NCBI RefSeq assembly: GCF_000002075.1
Contig: NW_004797351.1
Coordinates: 1,139,199 to 1,203,198 of the forward strand
Length of the DNA: 64,000 nucleotides
Direction: 5' to 3'
Origin: Aplysia californica
Taxonomy: Eukaryota
Below are positions 1 through 12,700 of the stretch, piece after piece (position 1 is the stretch's first letter; every line of letters starts with the position of its first letter). The translations under genes were made by a program, and so were the position numbers. The notes beneath the pieces were generated by a model that was not told where the DNA came from, ran no database searches, and worked only from the letters and a program-made list of their open reading frames with translations.

Positions 1-1344
1 ATACCCCTGTACTAGTAGGAACAAGTCTGTTTTATTTCTCCTTCAGTGAATAAAAGAACAAGAGATCATGACATTTTAGTGATTTTTGTAAGTTACTATG
101 ACAACTTTGTCCATTTAAGAATATGTAACCAGTTTCATTAAAAAAAATATAAACTATGTACCAAAGTTTTTAAAAAGCACAGAAAACGAAGGTAGCCAAC
201 CTGAGATCGGAACTAGCTAGATTAGATCTAATAGGGCCTACCCCCAGAGTTATCTGCCTAGTAACTCTAGTAGTAGTAGCGTAAATCTATGTCTAATTGG
301 TCTACTGAGGGTAATCTGCCATTTACCAAAAAAAAAAAAAGAAAAGAAAAAAAAGAAGTTTCATGCCGAGATCTAGATAATAATAATGTTTTACTAGATC
401 GTCTGTCGTGGAAAGCTGGACAATAATAAACGGGAGGTATGGAATAAACTAAACATTTGTAAGGGGGGTGGGGCGCTTATATATAATAGGCTCTTATAAT
501 CTCGGCTATTTCATTGTTCTCGTTGTTTTCTCTTGTTCTGTGCCGTGCCTGATTGTCTTGGCAATCCTTCGCTTATAATCAATGCGCTCTTACCACTTTG
601 ATCTATATTCGAACTGTGTCACAATACTGTTGGCAAGAGGTCTTCATACGGCTTGCTCTGAAAATTACATTTCAACATTGGTTAATATCTATATTTGAGA
701 GTAGTCTTATTGTAAGAGTAAGAGGTGGCCTTGAGTTTACGCGTACACTTCCTCTCAAGGGCACTTCTGCAGAAAGCACCTTATTCACTTGCAGTTTGCA
801 GCAGTTCTTTCCCCCTTAGTTTAGCTTGTTGGCCAAATAATGCATTGTTGTGTATAGCTTTTATTTCGTTATTACTGGTTAAAAAAAAACAAAAAACCAA
901 ACACGTATAGCGTAGCTGAGATTCTGTTATTAGGTGGTGCATTTTCATAATTCTTTTTGGGAAATTGATCACTGAACTTTTTTTTTCCCTGGCAGTATCT
1001 CCCTACTTCCGTTTTGGGTTGCACTGACAATTCGCAATTCGCAATTCGCAACAAACAATTAGGTTAATCCTGGGATGCCCAATTCCTCCTCCTTTTAGCC
1101 TTAGGTTAGGCCTCGCCCCTTGTCAAGACGATGTTGATGTTGCGCTTTGAATTTGATTGAGAACCGAGGGCCGAAGCTGAAGTCAAAGCTCTTTTTGCAT
1201 TCAACAAGACAGGCTGAAATGAATTTCGCATACATTATATTTTGAGGCAAGTTGAGACGATTATGAGTTTGATTTTAAACTTTGAAAAATGACTGTTTTC
1301 TGCGAATTTCAAGTTTTCTTTATTTATGGCAAGATTTAGTAGAT

Positions 1345-1400
1345 TCTAGATATCTAGAATCTAAATCTAGATCTAGATCTAGATCTAGATCTAGATCTAA
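1345..1400. repeat. (TCTAGA/AGATCT)n self-complementary microsatellite
   Basis: tctagatctagatctagatctagatct run seen directly. Confidence 0.9.
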
Positions 1401-1746
1401 CAGACACTCTGAGTCAACAAATTCCACCAAAGTGCAAACTTGAAAAGGGGGGGGGGGGGGGGGAGCAGTGAATTTTTTTGGTGCACTTCTTTGTTAAGGA
1501 CAAAACAGTGATGAGCTAATATCTAGATTAGCTAGATCTAGACTCTACTTGGTTCGCTCCATAATTCTCTTGTTTGTAGTTTCAAGTTTCAAGTTTAGAC
1601 TATTGGCATTCCTAGATTATTTGTAAAAAGACCACGCTTGAATCTGCTCTAACGACCACCTGTCCAATATGACCACCGGTACAAATTATCATATTATGTC
1701 CTTCTTCTCTCCCCCCCCCCCCTCCATATATTTTTTCTATTGACTT

Positions 1747-4700
1747 ACTTACTTGTTTACTTGTCTTACTTGTCCACTGTGTTGGGGTCACTGCAGTCGG
1801 AACATGTCCATCTCTGCTCTTCCCCCCCCTCTTCAGGATCCATCCCAGAGTCTGTCTACTTATAGTATAGTCTCCATCATAATCTGGTTGGAGATCCGTC
1901 GGACTGGTCCGCATAGATGGCTGTGTTTACCCTCTCCTCTTTGGATCCCCTTCTACTTCAATCTACCTAGAGTGTGGGAACCGCTATCCGCCGTATTCTT
2001 CCTCAAATTTTCCCTTACAGCGGTTAGGACAGTTGGTGGGTCCAGTGTCAAATTCCCTCCCACTTTTGCTTCTCCAGCCAGCGTGTCTGTTCTCTCGTTG
2101 CCGGTTACCCCCGCGTGAAGATCCAGGCCACTCTTTCCAGGCTGCACTCCCTGATCGTAGCCTTCCAGTCCACGTACAGCATCCCTTTCTGTACCTTCTG
2201 TAGTGTGCTCATTGAGTCAGTAATGATTACTGCTCGCTGATGGCTTGTGTTCTTGATCCAGTGTAGAGCTTCACTTTAATAGCTTTTATCTCCATACACA
2301 TACTTGATGTTGTCAGTGCGGCTGCTCCACTTTGCTCTTTCACTACTACCCCATCAACTCTGACACTCAAGGCCCAGCCCTATTTGACTCCTCTGTTGAC
2401 TGATCCATCCTTGAAGATCAGAGCATCTCCATGTTAGCTATATGCTCTTCTATCAGGGTTTCAATTTCAGCGTTTGTAGCTCCAAGTGGCCAGTTGCGAC
2501 ATTCTCTACCCAATGTTGCCTTCCCTATTGTGTACTCTCCGAGCGCATCTTCGACCACAACTCAATCCCTGCCTCTCCTGATGTCTTGTATCTAGCAGCA
2601 CTCGTTGATGGTGTTCGTGGCTGGAGTCATCCATTCTCTGCCCCTCTTTAGCCTTGATGTCATCTGCCGTCCCACTTTCTTATGTAGAGGGTTTGTCTCG
2701 TCTGCGCTGACTCGCAGAAAGGCTTGGACTTGTGCCAGTTTGTGCCTCTCGTCTGCACATGGGAAGTCTAGGAAGTATTTCATTGCTTCAGTAGAGGTAT
2801 CTCGTGTGCATCCCGGGATTGCCCTCATTCCTTCATTTTGTAACATCTCGGGTCGTTGCAGTTGCGCCTTTGATAGGGTCAAGAGTCCGAGCCCGTACTC
2901 TACGACAGAGAGTACCAGTGTCGGGTAGAGGATGACAATGATTTTCTAGCTCATCTTAGCTCTGGCCACCATCTTAAGGGCTGTTAGGCCTTTTCTCGCT
3001 CTGAAGCTTGTTCTCGTTATGTGATATTTGCCAGAGAGGGTGCGATCAAACATGATGCCCAAGTACTTCAGTGTGGGTTCCCTCTTCAGCATTTTGCCTC
3101 CCATCGAGATACTTGGCATGTCATCGTGCACTGCATGGTTATTCAGTGTACACCACAGTACACAGGATTTGTCTGGGGAAGTTTCCCGTTGTACGTCTCA
3201 CACCACTGTTCAAGTCTGTCGAGTTCTTCCTGTACTCTCTCCGCTGTAACCTGGCGGTTCTTGCCCTGCCTGTACACCAGCACATCATCATCAAGACTGA
3301 GTGCACGTCCGGGCCCCTCCAGCTGGTTGGAAGTTATCCCTATTGTATAAACGTTGAACAGAACTGGCGAGGGTGCAGATCCCTGTGGTAAGCCTGATGT
3401 GATCTCGGTAGGTTGCGAAGCCCAGCAACCAAGACGTAGTGCTTCCTTTCGTTTAAGCAGCGCTGCCCCAATCCATTGTACTAAATGTGGATCTACCCTC
3501 AGGTTGACTAGAGTCCTCATGGGGGTGTCGTACTGAACTCGGTTGTAGGCATCTTCCAGGTCAAGTGTTGCTAACTGAGTTTCTTCCCCCCGCTCTAAGC
3601 CATCATATACGTCGGATGCAAGAGTGGCAGCATTCATCCATGTGATCTTTCCTCTTCTATAGCTGCCCAGTTCCGGCGGTAGGACGTTCTTTTCCTCCAG
3701 CTCTATTGCCAATCTGCGTGCCATGATTTTCCCCAGCAGCTTCCCGACGGTATTTTGCATGGTCACTATGCGATATGAGGCAATCTTGCTTGGGTCCTTG
3801 TCTGGCTTAGGAACTGGGGACAGGTGACTGTCCAGCCAGTCTTCTGGTATCTCCCCAGCCCACAGGCTTTCGTTTAGCCTCTCGGCTAGTGCCATTGTCT
3901 GTCCTTCCTCCATGTTCCTCATGTGGCTATAACGTACTCCGTCAGGACCAGGAGAAGTGTTGGATGCTTCCTGGATATATTTATGTAACATTTCGTGTGT
4001 CACAAATTGTAGGCAGGGTTCATCTTTGTAGTCCTGTTGGATCCTGTTGAGCAGCTGTTTTCTCTTGTCCTCATCTTCCCTGTCAGTTTTTTTAGGTATC
4101 TCCTAAACAGAGCACGGCCTTTTTCTTCATCAGTGCGCATCCACATATCATCCTCTCGTTGGAAATCAGGGATAGCTTGTTTGCTCTTCCTATTAGTCAT
4201 GCACCTGTAGAAGTTCCAGAACTGATACAGGGCCCTGTCACTGTTCACGCCCCGGCAGAAGTTGTCATATGCTAGGTCCTTGGCTTTTTTTGCTGCCTCA
4301 TCGAATCTGAGATCTGCTAGCTTTTTCTCAGCTTCCAACTGCACGTTCGATCTGTCCCTCTCGTGTCTTCTCAGCACCAGGCATTTGATCTTCCACAATG
4401 CCTCAGTCTCTTCATTCCACCAGGGTGGCTGCTGTGCCACTACAATATGCTGTACTCTGGGTGGCCTGGAGCTCTTTCGCAGTACACTGATGGGGTCGTT
4501 CCCTTCCGTGGGGTAGAAGAAGACTCGTTTCTGTCTTTGATGGCTTCTGCCTCCTCGCTTTACAAACACTGTGCATGGGATATGATCGCTGCTATAGTTG
4601 TGTAATACTCTCCATGTACAGTCTGTTGTTAGGTCTACCGAGACGAGTGCAAGGTCTATAGCACTGTCGAAGTCCCCATCTCTTGTGGCTAGTCTGGTCA

Positions 4701-5986
4701 TGCTGCCATTGTTGATGCAGGTGAGGTCACATCTGTCCAGGGCATTTTCCAGTCTCGTCCCTTGGGGGTTTATCACTGTGTTTCCCCAATCACTCCTTCG
4801 CGCGTTGAACTCGCCTCAACAGATTGTTTTTCCATGTAGTTTTTCCTCCATCTCGCCAAGTTTGGCCCTCTCTTTCTCAGTGACTGTCCCGTTGCACGCG
4901 TAGACGTTGACAACATTTCTTACAGGCTGATCAGTGAGCTCCACTGCTAGAAGGTGTAGGTTTTCTGACACCCATCGACTCATATCCAATTCCTGATATC
5001 TGATTGCTGATCGTATCAGGGTGACCTGTCCATGCCCTTCCCCGTTGTAAAGAGTCTTTGCGAAGTCGGCAACATTGAAGTTCCTGTCACCTAGTCTGGT
5101 GTCTTGGAGGTATATGATGTCTGCTCCGTAACATAGGGTTTCAGTCACGAGCCCTCTCTGCTGCAGACTACGACAATTCCAGCAGAGAGTCCTGAGATTA
5201 CTCTTTCCCAACCGCTGACTCTTTAACTGTGTCTTTCTAGCTCCCGCCCTTCTCTTTCTCCACCTCCCACCCCTTTTTCCCAGTTTCCTTTTTGGTTTTA
5301 TTCCTGAAGAGAAGCTCGAGCAAGGAGCACGAACACCTTAGCTCCTGCGAGAACCCTGTTTATTAATATTAATTAGATCTTTCATTGTGGGTTTGCAAAA
5401 TACTGAGGAAGTATCCTCTCCATCTAGCAGAGCCTCATACTAGACAAGGGGCTGAGAACCAGAAGGTCCGTCCGCCTGGTGCCGCCCCGCTCGCACGCCA
5501 GACGGTCCTCGTTCGTGACTGTACTCCCCACAGCCATGCAGCTTCTAGGCACGAAGATGACACCGTAAGCTTAGGTCCATGTCCTCCACGGATACTTGTG
5601 GGTGCTGTCGACAGGTCGTGCTCCTGGATTCCACCCTCGACCTCCTTAGGCTTCGGGATTTTTAAAAATCTAGGTTGTCTCCTTTTGATAATTCGTATTC
5701 TGTTCCTGGACCGCGATGTCTAGGCTTAACAGGGTCACCCCGAGAAGGGGGAACAGCTTCAGAGTGCTCCACCACCCGAGTACCGTAACTTCTGACACCC
5801 TCGGTCTCCCGGTCGACCAACAAGCACGTGCACAGATCTCTCAAGACTGACTTTGAACTGACACCACTCTCAGGCTGGGAACAAAAGCCTCTGTCCAATT
5901 CTAAGGTACCACCCTACCAAATATGGAATACTGCACGGGTGGCCAAATTCCAGCCCGAGCGATCCTCGCTCACACAACACGTGTGA
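1747..5986 (-). mobile_element. Full-length decayed non-LTR retrotransposon, single ORF APE endonuclease-RT-RNase H (I group, Ingi-like)
   Basis: Minus-strand frames give APE motifs (LCWNCRSL, IIYLQDT, VVNVYA, GEFN, AIDLALVS, SDHIP; ~5211-4550), RT motifs (PGPDG, PVPKPDKDP..SYR, LDLEDAY, GLPQGS..SPVLFNVY, LDDD for FADD, KYLGI; ~4003-2950) and RNase H (DGS, GVTGNERTDTLA; ~2430-1950). ATG near 5385 follows a ~600-nt leader. The 3' tail is (CAAGTA)-like. A 10-bp TSD ctattgactt lies at 1737-1746 and 5987-5996. Stops and frameshifts show it is inactive. Confidence 0.93.
3143..4003 (-). pseudogene. Reverse transcriptase core fragment of the LINE
   Basis: 286-aa ORF with non-LTR RT motifs; catalytic Y/FADD reads LDDD; flanked by frameshifts. 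Confidence 0.9.
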
Positions 5987-6064
5987 CTATTGACTTTTAC
6001 TGACTTCTATTGACTTCTATTGCCTTCTATTGCCTTCTATTGACTATTGACTTCTTTAGACTTC
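5987..6064. repeat. Degenerate 10-bp tandem repeat (ctattgactt)n, the LINE insertion site
   Basis: About 7 copies of ctattgactt/ctattgcctt. Confidence 0.85.
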
Positions 6065-6068
6065 ATTG

Positions 6069-6666
6069 TGCTGAATAAGGGTGGGGTGGGGGTGGGGGGA
6101 CACTTTAAATTAAAGCTGTAGTGAGCTTTTTACATTTTGCATTGTTGTCAACAAATATAACACTGCGAAATAGACTATTGACTGTCTAAGACAACCATTT
6201 CATTTGACCAAAATGACAGCAGCCACTATATTTCATCATCAACCAACAGCCCCCAAAACTGTTCAAGATCACCCTTGGTGTTGCTGTAAATTATTGGTCT
6301 CTAATTCTAATGCTGTGGACAATCCGTCTGTCCCAAACCTGCCCCCCCCCCCCTTCCTTTCTCTAGAAGAACCAAAAAAAAAAATTAAAAAAAAATGGTC
6401 CGAACGCCAATCCAAAGCATACAACCATCACCAGTTGGGACCTGAGAAGGGAAAGTTTTTGTTTCCATTTTCATCTTACCTGCCTGAGAAGGTCACCTGT
6501 CTAATAATATGGTCACTTTTCCCCATGACAATGGGTGGTTGTGCTGAATGAGGTGGGGTGTGTGTGTGTGGGGGGGGGGGGGGGGGGGGGGCGGGGGTGA
6601 CACTTTAAAAAAATGCTGTAGTGAGCTTTTTACATTTTGCATTGTTGTCAACAAATGTAACACTGC
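6069..6666. repeat. Direct duplication of ~100 bp (6069-6167 and 6541-6666)
   Basis: gtgctgaat-G-tract-gacactttaaa...gctgtagtgagctttttacattttgcattgttgtcaacaaat.taacactgc occurs twice. Confidence 0.85.
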
Positions 6667-6778
6667 AACTGCTTGGACAAGGCTTTTTTTGCAAAAAGTG
6701 TTTTTTAAAAATAAAAGTCATTGGCGAATTGTAATTATTGATTCCTTTTCGCTGTTTTTCTGTGCGGATAAGTTCAAG

Positions 6779-9700
6779 ATGACAAGATGCAGTCCTTACA
6801 TAATATCATCAAACCTGGCTGTCTGCATCTGGATGATGATAATCCCTACCGTCCGGTCAACTCTGGATTTCCACGATTACAAACTTCAAGGACTGGGGAA
6901 TATCACGGAAAACATTGGAAAAGATAAAGTGGCTGGTTACTTCATGTTGCCTCACATATACAGGTGAATACAAATGTTTACTACAATGTAGTGAGCACTT
7001 TCTTCAACTTATAATATGTTGGGTTGGTGGCCCACAAAACTCATTTTGAAGCCAATTTGAACAAAAATTACTTCCCCCTTTTTATGTCACCATTTATTAG
7101 TTGAATTGTCACTCTTAACTTTATAAGCTGCTTCGTCAGCGAGCTGAAACTCTTTAGTTGTGCTTGTCAGACTTACAAGAAACGAAGGCATTTGAACCCC
7201 CCCCCCCCAAAAAAAAAAAAACTGTTGAAGAATTTGTATTAAGTCTAGGGTATCGTCCCAGTTACCCCAGGACATTAGGGGCCCCAGGTCTTTGAATTTG
7301 TTCAAGAAAATGCTGAGCCACCACTTTCTCACACAGGCCTCTATCTATAGTAAGTACTAGTACATCTATATATTTTGTTGCTACTGCTATTGCTGNNNNN
7401 NNNNNNNNNNNNNNNNNNNNNNNNNNNNNNNNNNNNNNNNNNNNNNNNNNNNNNNNNNNNNNNNNNNNNNNNNNNNNNNNNNNNNNNNNNNNNNNNNNNN
7501 NNNNNNNNNNNNNNNNNNNNNNNNNNNNNNNNNNNNNNNNNNNNNNNNNNNNNNNNNNNNNNNNNNNNNNNNNNNNNNNNNNNNNNNNNNNNNNGCTACA
7601 GAAGTAGTGTGCTCATTTCTTTTCCTAGAGTATTTATCAATGCTGGATCATCCCGGGAAGCTATGGATAGCACCAAAGTCTCAAAAAAATGTCAGAACAT
7701 TTTACACAACTACCGCAAGGCCTTGTCAGAGAAAGATGTTGCGGCATGGAAAAGTGAGAGCTTTTTGTTTGAAATACTTTGCTGTTCAGTCCATGAACGA
7801 TTTAGTTTATGTTTAAAAAAAAGAATTATTTAACTTAGTCTTTGGCTGTTTTGTAAGGTGCTATAGTTATTTATACCACTGATTTTACCATGGAATATAT
7901 CTTTTTTAAAGGGTTCTGATGCATAGCTCAGAAAGATTGTTGATCAGATTGATAGAGGGATATCTGGAATACTTAGTGTACCGTGATGATTTTTATCTTT
8001 CGCTTCGTGTTGAAAGTTTCCAGTCACCACGAAGCAAACTTAGACTGTTGAAAGAGGAATTGAGCTATGGAAAAAATGGAGGGCATTCACATACACAAAA
8101 AAGAAGCTTTAATTGGAATGAAGTTAAAATTAACATCCCCCTTGCTATTTTGGTAAGATAATATGGTTCAGTAGCTCATTGATGGCCTTGGGCTAGTGAC
8201 GTAGCGAGCGCTCAGTACTGATATGTTAGCCACGAGCGCTTCCTAAGGGGCTTGCTGTTATGCTGACACCCGTATAGTAAGGTAACGTCATTTCACAGCA
8301 CTTCTGTTTACATGTTTAAACCATTGAACCAACATAATGTGCCAACTGTTATATACTCAAAACGCATGAACCACTTCCAGTTTTGAGAAAATCATTTTTT
8401 TTCTCTTCCTTTAAAAAGTGTGTATCCAGATTGAGATGCTGTGAGCTGGAGGCCGTTGTCACAACATTTCTTACATTTCAGTGTATGATGCTACAGGAAA
8501 GCAGCCGTCTGGGGTGTTGTTTGGTGGTACTGCCTGGAAAAGCAGCTATGATCAGTGTGTAGTGGAAGTTCTGAAGGACAAAAGTGCAGACTCCAAAAGT
8601 GTCAGCCTTTCACCACAGTTTTGTGCCGTGTACATGTCTTCAGCCCCGTGGATTCCATCACTCGTCAAAGCATTTGTATGTCTTTCTTATGGTATTTGGT
8701 GTTTTTTCTTTTATTGTAAATATATTATGCAAGATCATTAATTTGTGTAGCTATTGAGTTGTTCATTGCACTCACGTGTTTTGAGATACTGGGTAAAACC
8801 TCAATAATGTTCTCTCAAAACGGTGTTTCCAACTCCCTACTTTAAGTGACTGTATCTAAAGAGCCAAAGCAGTTAGTCTGTACTGTTTTCACCCTCTCAC
8901 AGGATTTGAACAAATCTTTTAACTCATTATCTCCGGAGTAGGTTTCCCACTCTGCCGGGGCCCTCTTTTGGTACGAAACATAAAAGTGACATATATACGT
9001 CTTTAATCTGTTTGATCAAAAGAAATGATACTTTTGTGAAAGTTCTTCATCTAAAAAAACCTCCCGGTAAAAGAGACCTGTTTCGGCAATTTCCAAAAAT
9101 TAATACTATGTCAAAGTTGTTGTAAAGGAATGTGCTCGAGCCACTTTCAGGGGCTCACCGACACATTGGTCCTGACCTTGAGCTGCTGGCAGCGGCTTGC
9201 TGGAGATAAGGAGTAAATGGGATGCCTTCAAGTGGTATTTTGTCAAAATACTGTTTATAATTTTTTGAAAATGTATCTTGATTGCTCTGAAATGTGAGAA
9301 AAATGGTTAGCCTCCTGGGCTGGAAGGTACACTGATCTGTAAAACCTCTGAATTAATATTTTGAATTTCCATACGAGAGGAAAAGATCTTGCAGGGTTGA
9401 AAAAAATATTGGGATGACCTGGACTTGCCCTTGAACATATTTTCATTAAACCTCCTAGTAGAGCAAAATGCTAAAATTTTGGCCTGTGTTTCTGTTAAAG
9501 CATGATAAAACACTGTTTTAAGCTCTTCATTTGAAGTATCTGTTTTTTTCTAGTTGTTCTTGTCTGGAAATGAGATGCACATATGGAATGAAACTTTTGT
9601 AGTATAAAATTTAAAGTCGTGTATCCCCTTAATGTTCTATATGTTCATGCTAAAATGTTATTTCCAGTAATGCAGTTTGTTAGGTGCATACCACTGTTAT

Positions 9701-12700
9701 TCACATATTCCGTCTCTACTGTGCATTGCTGTATCTTTTCTGTCATCTTCAGAAAGTTCCATTCTCTATGCAAGTCCCCTCTTTCTTTGTGGACGTTTGT
9801 GTACCCAAGCTATGCTCCAAGTCGGACATTTTCAACCTTGTGGATGCATGTAAGAATAAGCTCACATTGGATACACTTTCATGACCCACATGTGTATATG
9901 TCTTTTTTATTTGATAAAATAAGTTTGGTGACTGGCATCCCTCTACATTTGCTTCAATGTGTCACATTTACAACACAATGGTTTGGCGTGATTGATGAAA
10001 CCGCTCTGATAACTTTGATATAGGGAAAGTCAACAGAGAAAGAGATCAGTGGGAAAAGTCAAGTTTTAGGAACTTTGTGATGATTCAAAACATGGACCAG
10101 GTCCTTTTGGAGACTGTCAGCAGGCTTTTGTTGATGTGGACACTCTAGCAGGATGGGGGATTAGCCACAATTTGTCCGTTGATCCAAACTCTGAGCCACA
10201 ATAACCAAGTAATAAACGATACTGCTGTGTGCAAAATGACACTCTTGACCACAGACCATCTGCTTCAGGGATACATAAACAACAAGACAATTCTAAAATG
10301 AATTTGCAGCCAGAGTCAGTATCATTTTGAGACAAGCTTTCTTCCAGCTCGGTCGCACTTTGACGGACTGCTTCATTTGTGAGGAAAACTGGATTGCCAC
10401 ATGAAGAATGAGGAGGAAGGAGGAGAAAAAAACCCCTTTAAAAATCAAAACAAACGCATAGCAAATAAGTCTGCCTGATCAGCATGACACATGGAGAGTA
10501 ATGGCCACCACATCATTTGAGGATGAAGGTTTCTCTGGTAACAGTAAAGTATAAGTCATCATATCTTTGAGTCATGCCAATCACAGCCTGCTGTTTTATG
10601 TTCTGTAAGACAACTGTCGTACCTTAGCGGCCCCCATGATGACCTGGGATGTTGTGCATTAGGTCAAGTAGTTTAGGGGGGGGGGCTACCTAACTCATAC
10701 TGAATTTCTTACCTCACTGTCTAAACAAGCTCATAAATAATGTTGGCATTGACATGTGCATTTCTTTTATATCATCTGAATGTAATGTTGCATTTTCGTT
10801 GCATACTTGGGTGTAATGATTCAGCTCTTTCTTGTTGTTTGCAGAATATGTGAGTTTGATTCCTGTGTGAGTGTTTCTGTGTGTCTGCTGGGATATTGTA
10901 TTTCATAAAGCTAGGGTTGACCCTGACTAGCAGGGTGGAATCAGCCAGCCTCTGACTCTGAGGTGGTCTAAATTGTGTCTCTCCATGGGGTCATTCAACG
11001 TTGGCTGTATATTATTTGCATTGAATTGTTCTGATTGCAGTCTTGAAACGGAACACCAGAGACCGCAATGTGACAGTGGAGTCTGTATCCTGCCAGTATT
11101 CCCACCAAATCACAAAGGACCCTGCAGCACTCATTTCTGTGTAAGTAGATTTGTCTCCACTATAATAGCATATATACAGTCGAATCTGTCACAAGGGAGC
11201 CAGAAAAAAAAATTCCATATTAGAAATTAGATATTAGAAGAGGGAGGTATCCGGAAGACCAGCCTTGCATGTGGTAAATGTATTTTTTTGTGCTGAGATT
11301 CAAAAATTGGAAATGTTCTTCTATGCTTAGTAACAATTTGAGTTATTGGGTCGGGTCTGCTGTATTCTTGGCTTGCTGTATTTCGTCAAACATTTGAGTG
11401 TGTGAAGATAACATTTCTTTTGGTTTGTAATGTATGAAACTAGCTATTCTCTTGCTTGTAATGTGTGAAGATAGTAATGCTGTTGTATTGTCTTGTGTGA
11501 TAATAGCAATCCTTATGTTTCATACTATGTAAAGACAGCAGTCCTGTTGTTATAAGTGTGGCGATAGCAGAACCCTTGTTTTATTATGTATGAAGTATGA
11601 AGAAAGGACTGCTATATTTTGAACGGTGACGATAGCAATCCTGTTGCTCTAGAGCTTTTATTCTGTGAACTCAAGTACACAAAAAGAAAGCCCAGATTTT
11701 TCTTTTGCTGCAGAGGAATTTAGATTTCAACAAAAAAAAAATCCATTTCCTCAGACTGGTTTTGTGTTTTTTCCTGCTGATGACACTGCTGGGTTCCTTG
11801 TATGAGTTCATTGTCAAGTGGCATGATGATTGGGGAGAGGAATGTACTTCAGATGAATGGATTTGGCCTGTCGGGAATAAAATGCCAGAAGGTGTCCTCT
11901 CATGGTTCCTTGTTTCTAAGTAAGTAAAGTCCCCTACTAATCCAGGGATGGTTGGTTTGCCTTTTGATAAACATCTGTGCTACATGTATTTTGTAAAACT
12001 ATAACCTTTGCTGCTTTTGCTGGTAAATAGTTTTATGTGTATGTCGTGATATATTGCATTATGGTTCTTGTTTATTTGAGGGCCAAATTTCCATTATTGT
12101 CATTTCCAGCCTTGCAAATGGGTGCCCTTTGTTAGTTTTAAACATATGTTCTTTTTTCTCAATATTTGGCAGAATTGCTCAGCAGCTCCGACCGAAATCA
12201 TTGTCAGAGGTAGAAGTGATCAAGGTTGTGCAGTGGGAGGATGACTCACTGGAGGAGGTTGGGCTAAATATGAAACTCGTTTCCTCTACTGTCATTGTCT
12301 TTTGAAGTCCCTGCCAAATTTTAGTAGATGGTGACTGTAGGATGTGGAACTAAAGCCCAGCTTTCATGGGTTTTATCTTTGGAGAATTGCTGTTGACTCG
12401 CAGATCAAAGGACCCTGTCAGCTCTTGCCTTTACTCCCCTGAAATGTCCATTGGTGCCTGTAGATCAATGGTTTAGCTCTTGATCTCTATAGCAAGCAGA
12501 AGTTGTGAGCTCAATCCTCACATCGTACAGTTACTTGTCAACCTAAATAGACCCAAAAGAATTTTTAAAGAAAAACACAAAATACAGTGGAGTCCGCTCT
12601 AGATCAAAAACATAACTTAACTGAACAAAATCTGGCCGTCCTACAGATTTTGGTTTAAGCTGACTCCACTGAATCTCAGAAACTAATAATCTGTGATGGA

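Noticed and set aside
553-1054. Short ORFs at the window start
   Set aside because: No recognisable domain or consistent splice structure
5615-5650. 2A ribosome-skipping peptide in the LINE leader (EVE..NPG-like)
   Set aside because: Needs a frameshift, ends NPGA rather than NPGP, and lies upstream of the ORF start
5690-5790. Intact HDV-like ribozyme
   Set aside because: P2 and P3/L3-like parts are visible, but P1, P1.1 and the catalytic C-x-R-A strand could not be assigned
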